Part shown: positions 9,401 to 21,440 of the stretch, piece by piece
How the letters are laid out: each line of letters starts with the position of its first letter
How positions within the stretch are numbered: position 1 is the first letter of the stretch
From: Octopus bimaculoides
Lineage: Eukaryota
DNA length: 38,020 nt
Direction of reading: 5' to 3'
Assembly (NCBI RefSeq): GCF_001194135.2
Contig: NC_068992.1
Span: 30,440,268 to 30,478,287 of the forward strand
The notes under the pieces: generated by a model
What the model was told of the DNA's origin: nothing
The model's database searches: none
What the model saw: only the letters and a program-made list of their open reading frames with translations
Translations under genes and position numbers: made by a program

Positions 9401-11224
9401 TAAGATAATAAAGGCTGGATCGATTCCAGTATTATCGGTGCGTCTGGCATGACGTATAAGCTGCATGCTGATTTTATTCAAATCTGTATTCAAATCTGTA
9501 TTCAAAAAATTCAGCTTGTTGGAATTTTCTCATAGGTACAAAAATGAAAAAGTTAGTCATTTTACTATAGTTGTCATAAACGCAACTGTCAACTAAATAC
9601 ATTTTTAAATCTGATGATTACTAAGAATGTATGAAAGCTCTAATTGATCTTTAGGGACATTACAAAATATTTTGATAATACTTAACTCACTTCAACAGTG
9701 TGAAAGAATTTTTAAAATACAATAATAAAAACGTGTAAACCAGACCATATTATAACTTTATTCAACTGATATATTATTCTATAGACATTCACACAGATTC
9801 GGAAAATATATATATATATACATGTATATACATACACATATATACTTCGAAAAAGTATGAGCATTATTTCTGGGATATGCTATATTTAGTTGATTGAAAA
9901 ATACTCCATTATCGAGATATATTTTTTTGGATGCATTGTCACATACATTATATATAATAGTGATATATAAAACGATGGAATTCCTAAATACTGCATTTCA
10001 TACGCTCCCACAAGGATTAAACGTAATTTCAGTTCCAAAAATATTATCAAACAAACGATTTTATTTGTCTGTGTTGCATGTTTGTGCATGTACGCGTTGA
10101 TATGTTTTCACAGATTTTTTCCAGAAAAAATTGTCAAAGGAATAGGATATCACATAGTGAATCCTGCCTGTTTTCTTTAGTTATATATCAAATAATAACA
10201 AACGGCAAGTTTATGAACCAATGTTTTACTTGAGATAAATTAATGGTGAAAGGCTGAATATAGCAAGTTAAATACCAGTATCAACTCTTCACAAGTTTAA
10301 CCGATTTAATCTTCATTTGAAGATATTTAAAAAATTACATATTATTTATTTGGATACGTTTTACTGCTAAGAATAGATGATGGTTATTTATGATATTACT
10401 CTTTTAAGAATGAAAATCCAGTTTTGAAATACCATCCCACTACGCCCTATAATATATACCATTGTATTGGGGAGCAACAGATTACACCTTCGCATATTGC
10501 GATCAGAAAGACAGTCATAAAATTAGTGTAATCGACTGAATGAAATAATTACAAAGATCACTATCATACTGTTGTTTTAACTCACGAGTCCATTTTCTTA
10601 TTAATAATTACAAAAGATATATATAAATGTTTCAGTCCGTCCATATGATATGTATATTACGTATTTCTTTATTCACAGGAAATATTTCCTCACACCGATA
10701 TACAATTTGCAATATCGAATAAGGTCATTTGATATCTGGCGTCAATAATCCTATATCTAGAAATTTATGTGTAATTCTAAAGTCATTGTATGTAAATTAT
10801 CTTTGGAAATTCTCACTGGAAAACAAATTACTCGACGTATATGATGATGTGTAACTTCAAAAAAAGTCACTGGATCTCCCTTGGAGTCGTCCACTTAATA
10901 GAGATGTCTCCGTGCAGTCTATACCATTATAGGAAAATATGTATCAGGTACAAGCGAGATAACAAGTGATTTCTTACTTGAGAATTCCGATGTTCAGTAA
11001 AGTAGCTACTGAATAATCAGTTCCATACGGTTATACGTAATTGTATAGTCAACGATTGTTAATAAATCATGTTCAATATTTCTGTGATGATGTGCGTTGC
11101 TGCGATACACAAGAGGAGATTCACAACATGGAGGTGTACACGAAACCTAACATAACGGATGGATTTCGAAAATCTATGTTACACTGATTACTGAGGCACT
11201 ACAGACAAACAGACACGCATGTTC

Positions 11225-11294
11225 ACGCGCACGCTCACACACACACACACACGCATACACATACGACCGTACACATACGTTCACACGTCTACGT

Positions 11295-11325
<31 letters not shown>

Positions 11326-11377
11326 GGGAGAGAGAGATAGAGATAGATAGATAGATGTATATACCAAGTGTGTGTGC

Positions 11378-11434
<57 letters not shown>

Positions 11435-11500
11435 TAAATACATGTATAAATATTGATGTATGTATGTATGTATATATATGTGTGTGTATGTGTGTGTGTG
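11225..11500. repeat. Compound microsatellite (CA)n(TA)n(GA)n(GATA)n(TG)n
   Basis: Directly visible. Confidence 0.95.
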
Positions 11501-11809
11501 CATCGTCGTCGGCCCATCCTCATTGCCGAGTATCTTTCGCTTTTTGTATGAAGAGGTCCCTAAAGGCTCACAAGGCAAATTTGTGACTGGAACAATACTC
11601 AAAAAAGGCTAGATTTTATGATTGGTACTGACCTTAGTTGGAGTTGGCAGATTCAACCTTTAATCTTCATTTCTTTGACTGCTTTTGCAAAATATTTTAC
11701 GCAAGTTTCGATGGTGGGATTTTATGCTGATCTGTCTACTACATTGCTTCCAGAATTTAGAGTAGTCTTGCACTTCATCGTTTGTTTCAATTGGTCTTTG
11801 TGGGGTCAC

Positions 11810-12360
11810 AGTGGAAACCAGTTTGGTATCTTGCCTGTAAGTAATTCGCTGCAGAAAATTTGAATTCGCAGTTTCGTACTCTTTATTGTCCAAGATTTTG
11901 AATGTTCCGGCGCCACAAGTTTTACATCTCATACCTATAGAGTATGGTGGAAACAACCATGACCTTATGTATCATGAGCTTCGTTTGTAGTTTGAGCTTC
12001 ATATTACCAATGACATGCAGAAAAATTATCCAAAGCGGCATGGGCATGTCGGATCATCTGAACAACTTTCTCGATATTATATTATGTGCAGACGACGCTT
12101 CCGAAGTTAAAAGACTGATGAATTTGTTCTAGTGTTCTGTTGAAGATGTTTAAAACTAGAAGGACGGAGTTTGAATCAAGTATGCAAGTTGCCTGTTGTT
12201 GAGTGTCAGATCGAAGCAATCATATGTATTTTTGATGTTGTTGACAGATTCCTACAATTTTGGGTGGAAAATTGAGCTGGCAACGCGTTGTTGTCGGCAT
12301 ACTGCAGTTTAGCGGCAGGAGCGTAGACATCGTGGCTGAATTTGGGTAGGTTGCAGAGTA
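11810..12360 (+). mobile_element. Decayed non-LTR retrotransposon (LINE) reverse transcriptase fragment
   Basis: RT-like motifs in the expected order: GNQFGILP (QxGFxP), LFIVQDFE (FxDFEKAFD), SLSFILPM (PLLFILVM), ILCADDASEVKRLMNLF (YADD motif), VVDRFLQF (VVDKFxYLG). Internally deleted and frameshifted. Confidence 0.55.
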
Positions 12361-13044
12361 ACCATCAAAGTGTTATTTTTTTTCTACTCTAGTGATTCGA
12401 AAAGTATTGCTAGAAAGTTAAAATGGAACAAATTATGGGCATAAACGCAAGCCTGCTTTGAGCCGTTGGGGATCAAAAATCGTTCCTGAATATGGTTTTT
12501 ATATGAAATCTATCCTGTCATACCATTGTGTAATTTCAGGCTGAGTTCTACAAAGCAATCTGGGCACCGAATCTCGTCAGAACCTTCCAAACAACTATGC
12601 AATTTAGGCTTTCGAGATGATAAAAACGTTCAAGAGCTTCGATATTTAACGACCTCACACAATTCAGCACAGCGAAAGTTACACTCATATTAGAGTTAGG
12701 TAATGCTATCTTTATTATTCTCTATGTGACAGTGAATTGTAACTATTCTTCTTTTTATATTTCAAGTAGGCATGCTCAACAAGACGAGGGAGCTAAGGTA
12801 AAACTGCTTGCATAATAATATTAGATGTACATTCGAACAATTGCGTGTTATGTAATATGTATATACACCTTAAGTGTTCCCTGTGCATGATTATTTCCTC
12901 TCATGTTGTTGTGTATAAATCTGTTAGAACTAACTGGAAATTAGTAACACGTGTTTTATAATTCTTAGAAATTCATTATATCATTATCTCATTAGTGGCT
13001 ACATTACGTAATCTTACGTAAAACTTCATTCATATGTATTTATT

Positions 13045-13112
13045 TATTTATTTATGTGTTTCAGCCAAGTGGCTGCGGTCATGCTGGTGCACCACCGTGA
13101 GTATGGTTCCCT
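13045..13112. repeat. Short SINE/LINE terminal fragment with (TTTA)n
   Basis: 'tttatttatttatgtgtttcagccaagtggctgcggtcatgctggtgcaccaccg' is a GC-rich block next to a simple-repeat tail, resembling a recurrent octopus repeat end (from memory). Confidence 0.3.
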
Positions 13113-13564
13113 TCTTCCTTCTTATCTTCCCTGTCTTATTTTATCTTATTTAATATCTGTTATTTGTTTATTACCTTATATTATTTATTACATCTCCTTT
13201 CTTCTATCATCGCGGATCGCTGCATTTGATTATAATTTATTTTACTCAATTTTCAATTTTACGGTTATATCTGAACTTTATATAGCACTATAATGTATTA
13301 GCAATGCATATATGATTTACAATGTATGCATGCAAATGAAATATGTAAATATATCAGGATATGTATGTATGTATGTATAAGTGCAAGTGGATTTTTGTGT
13401 GTAATCGTATATGGTTATATGGAAGTATATATCTGTGTTTGTGACTTTGAATTTTTGTGTATACATATACATATGCGTATGCATGTGTGTATGTATATAC
13501 ACACATAGGTGTTACCATGCACATATGGCGGTAAGTTTTGTGTGGCATCTCAGATCCCATAAAA

Positions 13565-13700
13565 TAGACCACAAGACTTTCTGCCCTATGAAGAACGCAT
13601 GAAATTGCATATTCCGTGTAGCTGAGGAGAGTCGGAGCACTTGGAAGACAAAAATAATTGAAGAATCATATGAACCAAATCAATATAAGAATCACCAATG
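13565..13700 (+). mobile_element. CR1/L2-like LINE 3' ORF2 relic
   Basis: Translates DFLPYEERMKLHIPCS*GESEHL, similar to the conserved CR1-group C-terminal 'LxYEERLxxLxLxSLExRR'. Confidence 0.4.
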
Positions 13701-14098
13701 TTACTAAATAATTTTAAGATGGCAAGTGATCAAACAAATACGCAAGTAATATTTTCACACTTATCGATCAAAATTTAGCGCATATATCGGATAAATGAGA
13801 AAAACAACGAGGTGAAGTTTTAAGCATTACGCGTAGAGATTGTATTTCATTTTCCTTTGAATATTCAAGTCTTTATACTGTCGGATACTTCTCCTATGAT
13901 ATTTAGTTACAATACATTATTTCTATATTCTAAATCAAGCGGATGTCTTTATTCCTCTTCATGAACACACAGTCGCTATTATAAAAGCAAATGATGTGTT
14001 CGGGTCGATGTAATCGACTGATGTATAGACTCATATCTGAGTCATTTCCCTTATGTAAGAATGCATTGCCATATCACTAACGTTCTTTCAAATAATAG

Positions 14099-14102
14099 TA
14101 AT

Positions 14103-14158
<56 letters not shown>
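14099..14158. repeat. (AAT)n microsatellite, probably the tail of the adjacent minus-strand SINE
   Basis: Directly visible; abuts the SINE 3' end at 14159. Confidence 0.95.
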
Positions 14159-14160
<2 letters not shown>

Positions 14161-14269
14161 GTTTCAAATTTTGACACAAACCAGGAAGATGGGGCGAGAG
14201 ATTAATCGATTACATCGGTTACAGTCTTAAATGGTACTTATTTTATCGACTACGAAATGATGAAAGGCA
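14159..14269 (-). mobile_element. 5'-truncated tRNA-derived SINE (Nin/Deu-domain type)
   Basis: 'ggtttcaaattttgacacaa...tcgattacatcg...tggtacttattttatcgac...gaaatgatgaaaggca' matches the copies at 15131 and 22836. The minus strand carries a Nin/Deu-like 'cctttcatc...gtcgataaaataagtacca'. Confidence 0.8.
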
Positions 14270-14299
14270 GGACAGTTTGAAAGGAATACACAATGCGTT

Positions 14300-15125
14300 A
14301 AAGAAAATACAGCATCCTCGGCAAATGCTTGAGCGAGGTGATTTGAAGCCTGCCACCAAAAGCCTAATTATTGCTGCACTAGATCAGGCTCTCGCTCCCA
14401 AGTCAGTGAATTATAACATCGATAAAAATTCTGACACCTAGAAATGCAGACTTTGTGGAAAGAGTGTGGAAAATGTGACCCAGTGAGTAAGTGGATGTAA
14501 AAGACTTTCACAAAAAGACAAACAAACAAAAAAAAAATACAAGCGCCACCACGATGAAGAGTGTCTATCATCATTGGCTCTTTGCTGCGAATACCAATAT
14601 GAAGTAATAGAGAACTAGTATGAGCATGTTCCAAGTAAAGTTATGCAGGAAGATGGAAAAGTAACGATACACTGGGACTATGATTTTCAGATGGATTGTG
14701 TAATTCAACAGCATCGGCCAGATATTGTCCTACTGAATAAGACAAGCAAATATTATAAGATCATTGATGTAGCCATACCAAATGACATGAATGATTTGAA
14801 TAAAGAGGTTGAAAAAAATCACCAAGTATTCCGAATTCAAACTGGAAGTGGCAAAACTGTATGGAATGCGAGAGGGTAATGTAAAATTGATACGAGGGGT
14901 GATCGAAACATTGGGCTCAATACCACTGAAAATTCAAGACTTCATAAGACAGCCGGAAATCCCCTGCAAGACTGATGTCTTACAAAAAGGAGCCTTATTG
15001 GGTACAGCACACATCTTAAGGAAAGTATTATCTGTTTGAGTCCTTCTTCTGACTTGGCAGAATCCTTCTTGTGACTTGGTGCATTTTTACCTACACTGTG
15101 TTACGGAGGAATAACAATAACAATC
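14300..15125 (+). mobile_element. R4/Dong-type (RLE, R2 superfamily) non-LTR retrotransposon 3' fragment, pseudogenised
   Basis: GDLKPATKSLIIAALDQAL; CCHC knuckle KCRLCGKSVENVT..VSGC (14442); YKRHHDE (RHD motif, 14541); WYEHVP-like; KVTIHWDYDFQMDCVIQQHRPDIVL...IIDVAIP (PD-(D/E)xK nuclease); KITKYSEFKLEVAKLY...LGSIP...LQKGALLGTAHILRKVLSV* (15039); then a short 3' UTR and an AATAAC/AAT-like tail. Confidence 0.92.
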
Positions 15126-15130
15126 ATCAT

Positions 15131-15341
15131 TTGTACTCTAGGTGCAAGGCTTGACATTTTTGGGGAGGGAACTAGTCTATTAAATTGACCCCAGTATTTC
15201 ACTGGTGCTCAATTTATGGACCCTGAAAGGGTGAAAGGCAAAGTCGACCGCGGTGGAATTTGAACTCAGAACGTGCAAACAGACGAAACAGCACTAAGCA
15301 TTTTGACAGGCTTAATACCGATTCTGTCAGCTCGCCGCTTT
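15131..15341 (-). mobile_element. Near full-length tRNA-derived SINE (Nin/Deu-domain type)
   Basis: Minus strand: AAAGCGGCGAGCTGACAGAATCGG (A-box) ... GAGTTCAAATTCC (B-box) ... GTCGACTTTGCCTTTCACCCTTTCAGGGTCC. Homologous to 14159 and 22836. Confidence 0.88.
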
Positions 15342-15342
15342 A

Positions 15343-15404
15343 AATAATAATAATAACAACAACAAAAAACAAACAACAACAACAGCAATAACAACAACAA
15401 CAAC

Positions 15405-15438
<34 letters not shown>

Positions 15439-15458
15439 GAAATAATAATAATAATAAT
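15343..15458. repeat. (AAT/AAC)n microsatellite
   Basis: Directly visible. Confidence 0.95.
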
Positions 15459-16724
15459 GGACCGAAAGTGAAATAAATGGCCTAGGAGAAAGTTGCTTAT
15501 TAATTAGGTACGTTGCAATTCCCAAAAAGTACAAAAAGAAAGCAATTATTAATGAGTTGACCGTCTGGAAATACTTTTATAAATTCATCTTCTAAGAAAT
15601 TTCCTATAATTTCGATTTCTCAAGTTTCTTGAATATTTTTAACTACAATTTCTCGCAATTTAAATATTCAAAGCATTCACTGCGGAGTATTCCATTCTCG
15701 TTTGCAAAGTCTCTCCCTTTCTCTTTTAAGTTTTTATTCGCTATTTGGAAAACGGACAGTTTTTTCTATTAATGTATACGTAATTTATTATTTCTTGAAT
15801 GAGAATTTTTAATATAATCATATAATTTTTGAACGCGGGATACCTGTAGGAGGACCCTAGAAAGTTTCCAAACATTCTGTACCACTAAGCCGATATATAT
15901 ATATNNNNNNNNNNNNNNNNNNNNNNNNNNNNNNNNNNNNNNNNNNNNNNNNNNNNNNNNNNNNNNNNNNNNNNNNNNNNNNNNNNNNNNNNNNNNNNNN
16001 NNNNNNNNNNNNNNNNNNNNNNNNNNNNNNNNNNNNNNNNNNNNNNNNNNNNNNNNNNNNNNNNNNNNNNNNNNNNNNNNNNNNNNNNNNNNNNNNNNNN
16101 NNNNNNNNNNNNNNNNNNNNNNNNNNNNNNNNNNNNNNNNNNNNNNNNNNNNNNNNNNNNNNNNNNNNNNNNNNNNNNNNNNNNNNNNNNNNNNNNNNNN
16201 NNNNNNNNNNNNNNNNNNNNNNNNNNNNNNNNNNNNNNNNNNNNNNNNNNNNNNNNNNNNNNNNNNNNNNNNNNNNNNNNNNNNNNNNNNNNNNNNNNNN
16301 NNNNNNNNNNNNNNNNNNNNNNNNNNNNNNNNNNNNNNNNNNNNNNNNNNNNNNNNNNNNNNNNNNNNNNNNNNNNNNNNNNNNNNNNNNNNNNNNNNNN
16401 NNNNNNNNNNNNNNNNNNNNNNNNNNNNNNNNNNNNNNNNNNNNNNNNNNNNNNNNNNNNNNNNNNNNNNNNNNNNNNNNNNNNNNNNNNNNNNNNNNNN
16501 NNNNNNNNNNNNNNNNNNNNNNNNNNNNNNNNNNNNNNNNNNNNNNNNNNNNNNNNNNNNNNNNNNNNNNNNNNNNNNNNNNNNNNNNNNNNNNNNNNNN
16601 NNNNNNNNNNNNNNNNNNNNNNNNNNNNNNNNNNNNNNNNNNNNNNNNNNNNNNNNNNNNNNNNNNNNNNNNNNNNNNNNNNNNNNNNNNNNNNNNNNNN
16701 NNNNNNNNNNNNNNNNNNNNNNNN

Positions 16725-16757
<33 letters not shown>

Positions 16758-17299
16758 GTGTGTGTGTGTGTTTGTATGTGTGTATATATGGATGTATTTT
16801 ATACAAGCGTACACTCGTTTAGCTCCATATCGATTTATATAATTGGAATTCATTAATTTCTCTTAGTATTAATGTTACACTTGTTATGCTCTAGTAGTCG
16901 TTATAGATGTTTTCATCAATTCGATATAGGAGAACAGAAGTTTATTAATATTTTATAATGAAAAAAGGAGAGTTTGAACAAAGAAAAAGCTGTAATTTAC
17001 TTATATCATGGTAAATTTCATATCGCCTACGTGCATTTCAATACCTTACGTTCATTAATATTTTGTAATGAAGATTGCAGTATGCAAAAATGTTAAGAAA
17101 ATGTTAAGAAGTAGAATCTTTGTTAAGAAATAGAATCTTTGACGATGATAAGAGGATGTTAAAAGGGGCTTTGTGTTTAAACAATTTACATAAAAGTCTT
17201 CAAAATAGGCAGTAAAATAATTCATGATTATTTATAAGTTCATAAACATCATAATTGTAGACAAGCATATATACAGAAAGAATGTGTAGGCAGTGTATG

Positions 17300-19745
17300 A
17301 TAGGAGATATCTTGTATTGCTTAATCTAAACTTCATCAGAAATCTTATTTAAATATTTATACAAAATTTTGGCGGATTAACCAACCATCTTCCTTCATCT
17401 CCAGTCTTATATGTGTGTTTGGCAAGGATGGTTGCTATTTTTAGAAATAGTGTGGGAGGTTGGTTGGTGGGGGAAAGCATTCACACGAACTGATTTCGAA
17501 TACTTTGTGGAATAAAAAGGATATTTTTTTTGTTTTGGGGCTAGCCTGTCATATTTGAACTGCTTTTAGAGTTCAAGATGGTGTGAGAGTATGTGTGTAT
17601 ATCTTTGTGCACGGTTCTATGTGTGTGTATCTGTATGTCCTTGTGTATGTGTGTGTCATCTAATGGCATAAAGTAAAATGTTTGATGCGCAGGTGAGATT
17701 ATTTTTTTGTCAAATGTGTGTCCTGATTGAAATTTGTATATTATTCCTTCAATGAGGTGGATGCAGGTCCCGCAATTAGAGCGACCACATTTTTAAACGG
17801 TGGGTGTTGGGTAATTTTGCATTGGTAAGATTTTTAGGGATTTGGGTTGTCTCTTGCTTTTATATTATTTTATGGGTTTGGAGTGCTTTTTTAAACGTGG
17901 GTCTTGATTCAGTAGTGGGATGTTCTTGCATATAATCGTTGAAGCTTCTCTATTCCTAGGATTGTGTGTGAGAGATATGGGAGAATATTTAATGTACCTT
18001 GATTGTGTTTTGGTTTTCGTTTATCTTGGATGTCAATTGTCTTGTCACGTTATATTCCATTGTCAACTAATGATGCTGGGTACCGTCTTTCGAGAAGAAT
18101 TTCCTTTACTTCTTGTAGTCTTTTATTTCGGGTTTCATAATTAGAGACAATTGTACAGATTCTTCTCGCTAGATTGAAGGGAATGCTTGTATTCGTGTGC
18201 TTCGGGTGATTGGAGGTGAACAGGAGGTATTGTTTAAAACCAGTCGGTTTGCATTGATATCAGTTTCAATGTTGATGCCTTATTCATAATAAGTATGTCT
18301 AGAAATGGGAGTTGGTCTTGACTATATTCCATTGTAAATTGGATATGGTTGTTGACGTTGTTAATTAAACTTTTGAATCCATTGAGTTGGTCGAATGTGT
18401 GAGACCACACAATGAGGCAGTCATCCAAGTAGCGTTTCCAATTCTCATACAAATATTTGTCGAAACACAGGCCGTATTTTAATTTGGATTGTTCGCATAT
18501 TTGTACTTTCAGGTAGGCCGTCACCAGATTGACATAAGCTGGGGCCGTCCCTGATACCTGTTTGTAGGTATTATCATTAAAATTAAAAAAGTTATTTTGG
18601 AGGAGAAGCATAAGGCCCTCAGTGATAAATTCATACTTTATTCTGTCCAGGAACTCATTGGAACATTTTTCTAGCCAAAATTTAATGGCTTCCAATCCGT
18701 ATTGATGTGGAATCGTAGTATAAAGCTTTATCATATCAAAAGAGACAATGAAAATGTTAGCATGTTTGAGGAGGTAGTTTTGAAGGTCCAGGTCATCTCT
18801 TACGATACTTGGTATGTATTTAAACATTGGTTTTAAGAGCATATGAATGAAGTTGCTTAATCTGTGTTTCACAGAATGGACCTGTCACATTTGGTTTCAG
18901 TTTGAGATCAGGGAGGTGTGGCGAGTAGAATTTGTATAATTGTCTCAAATTATGAAACGCGAAATAAAAGACTCCAAGAAGAAATGGAAATTCTTCTCGA
19001 AAGTCGGTAACCAGCAACATTAGTTGACAATGGAATAGAACGGGACAAGACAATCGATATTCAAGACGTACGAAAACAGAAACACACTCAAGGTACAGTG
19101 ATTTTGTTCTAGTGGATTTTCGGAAGCCCGTAGATGTTGCTGGTTTTGCAATCAAAATTTGTTAAGTATTCGCATTCCTTTGTCGTTAGATTATTATGAT
19201 GTTGGCAAATGGGTGTATTTAGTTTGGACAGCGTTTTTGGGTATTGGTAGTTGACTACTCTTTCATGGTAGGTAGTTTCTTGTTAGTGGTGAGATGCAGA
19301 GTTTTTCTATTGTTCTGTGTCGATAGTTACGATAGTACTACTCTTGACTGCTTCCTTGATTGTGATGCTATCATTGTTTTGTAATTCGTTGAGGATTTCT
19401 CATTCCCTTTTACTGGTATTGGATTTAGGTTTAGATTGTGGTAGATCACTATAAGGGAAGTTTGATACGTAATCACAAATTTTCCAGAGTTTCGTTGCTG
19501 CCTTTTGTAGGATTGCAATTGATTTTATTGCAATCCATTGATTTGTGAAAAATTCTTCCGGGAAGCGTCATTTTCTACAGAAGTGTGAGATATCGTCCTG
19601 TATTTCATTGAGGTTAGGGTATTGTGGTGTTGGAGTGAATTTCAATCCTTTTGAAAGGATTTTGATTTGTTGGGTTGACAGGTTTAGGCTTGAAAGATTC
19701 GCTATTTCTTGATTTCAAGATTGGTATGCACCATATGGTGTCGTG
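17300..19745 (-). mobile_element. Near full-length decayed Penelope-like retroelement (N-terminus, RT, thumb, GIY-YIG, pLTR)
   Basis: Minus strand: NLSSLNLSTQQIKILSKGLKFTPTP (N-terminal hallmark), IYGLPKIH, LKPNVTGPFCE, VSFDMIKLYTTIP, QVSGTA-PAY (motif B lacking MGTKMA), WKRYLDDCL, PFLDIL, SIPFNLARRICTIV, KKCGRSNCGTC...LTCASNILLYAI. Stops, frameshifts and the motif-B deletion make it inactive. Confidence 0.95.
18234..18872 (-). pseudogene. Penelope-type reverse transcriptase core (longest surviving open frame)
   Basis: 212-aa ORF in the track with SFDMIKLYTTIP and YLDD catalytic motifs; part of the decayed element above. Confidence 0.9.
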
Positions 19746-20444
19746 GATTCTGTTGTCTTGGACTATAAAATGATTTCTGGAGGTCTATACGATTTTCTGT
19801 GTCATACGCGTTTTGGTTAATGTACAATATATAAATATTTTAGTTAGTCATATAGTTCATGGATGTTTACCTACTCATATAAAACAAAAGTGGTCTGGGC
19901 ACTGACATTTCATGTTTACAACAGACATGATGTATAACGTTTGATGTTATCCGATAATTCTGTTCATATATCAGAGAATGTAAATCAAAGAAAGTTTGAC
20001 GGATAAATAACTAATACCTAATAGACTCTTGGTTTAAGTTCAGGCGTTTTGTTGGACGGCACCTATATTCTGATTATGCATGTCGGTTACAGAATAGTAG
20101 TTAATATTGATTATTGGTAAACTATTTTACAGTTATACTACGTTTTCCCTAACTACTATAAGATAAAACTTTACTTCATTGAAACCAGATCAGCTTTACT
20201 TGTGAGAGCGAGGCTCAGTATAGATTATAATGTATTTAAAATAATACGATAGTTTTTGTTTACATATTATGCATATTGTGCAAACATAATTTTGTTTTTT
20301 TTTTATAAATTTCTAATTAGAAAATAACATCACTGTGTATTCAGTACCAGGTGAGAAATAAAATGAGTAACTTGGATTGAATATATGCCACAAAGAATGC
20401 GCATTTGAGCTGATGAGATTACCGGAAAATTTGCTGGCGTGTGT

Positions 20445-20460
20445 ATATGTATATATATGC

Positions 20461-20538
<78 letters not shown>

Positions 20539-20582
20539 GTGTGTGTGTATGTGTGTGTGTGAATATGTGTGTGTGTTCGTGT
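20445..20582. repeat. (TA)n(TG)n compound microsatellite
   Basis: Directly visible. Confidence 0.95.
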
Positions 20583-21440
20583 GTCCATTCGTGTCTGCAC
20601 GCACATGCATGAGTAATTACGCCCACCTTCCACATTTTCTGTCGAATGCATTTCACGCAAAATATGTTGGACAACCGTGACTAGAGGAGAAATCAGTTGC
20701 CCAAGCTGCTGCAGAGCGAGATGGAATGCTGATCCACATTGTGGCAAAATAAACTTCTTAATAAAGACATACTATAATTTGTCTTTTCACTCCAAGCACT
20801 TGGTTCAATTCACACACATATTGACGTCTCTATTCATTCTCACAGTGTAGATAAAATCACCATCAGAAATATAGCGTAGATGATTTAATAACCAAAGTCG
20901 TGCTTAACTGAAAATGAATATTATTTATGGAAGTAAAGCAGATTACATTCTTTAATAGTAAGTTAGCGGCGCATGAAGTAAATTTTGATAATTTTGAATG
21001 AAAATAAATTCAATGTAGTAATAGTAAGAAAGTTTATGTAAACTTTCTTGAACAATAAAGAGTGGGAGAAAATGACACAGTGAGGAGTAAGTGTGTGATG
21101 AAGTGTAAATTATATGAGAAGTATTCTGGTGTTAGTTTATGCAATGTGAATGCTTGGTAAAACATTAAGGAAAAGAATTACTTTAGGAAGCTATAAACAC
21201 CGTTGACAGTAAAATGTGGTGAGAGTATTTTAGTGAAGATAAGGATAGTGAATATAGTAGAGATAATGATGATGATGTGAGGAAGAATAGAAGGGAAAGA
21301 AATGATGGTTAAGCTGTTTCTGCACTGATGATGCTGCTGGTGAAAACATTCTTTATGGTTTGTAATACAGACAACGGAATTTTCTATAGTGTATAGAGGA
21401 ATGCATTATTGATATTTTTATTTAAGCAATCGCGGTTTAC

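Noticed and set aside
11600-11956. Minus-strand ORF 11660-11956 as an RTE linker region
   Set aside because: Only a short PQRPI match. The RT motifs line up better on the plus strand, so the minus reading is unsupported.
20405-20435. CTGATGAGATTACCGGAAAAT as a hammerhead
   Set aside because: No stem I or III pairing and no UH triplet in register.
20625-20730. Possible minus-strand exon phase-compatible with 21441-21529
   Set aside because: Weak acceptor, no polypyrimidine tract and no recognisable peptide.
21320-21355. CTGATGATGCTGCTGGTGAAAACATTC as a hammerhead
   Set aside because: Stem I cannot form; it lies in a degenerate (GAT/GCT) repeat.
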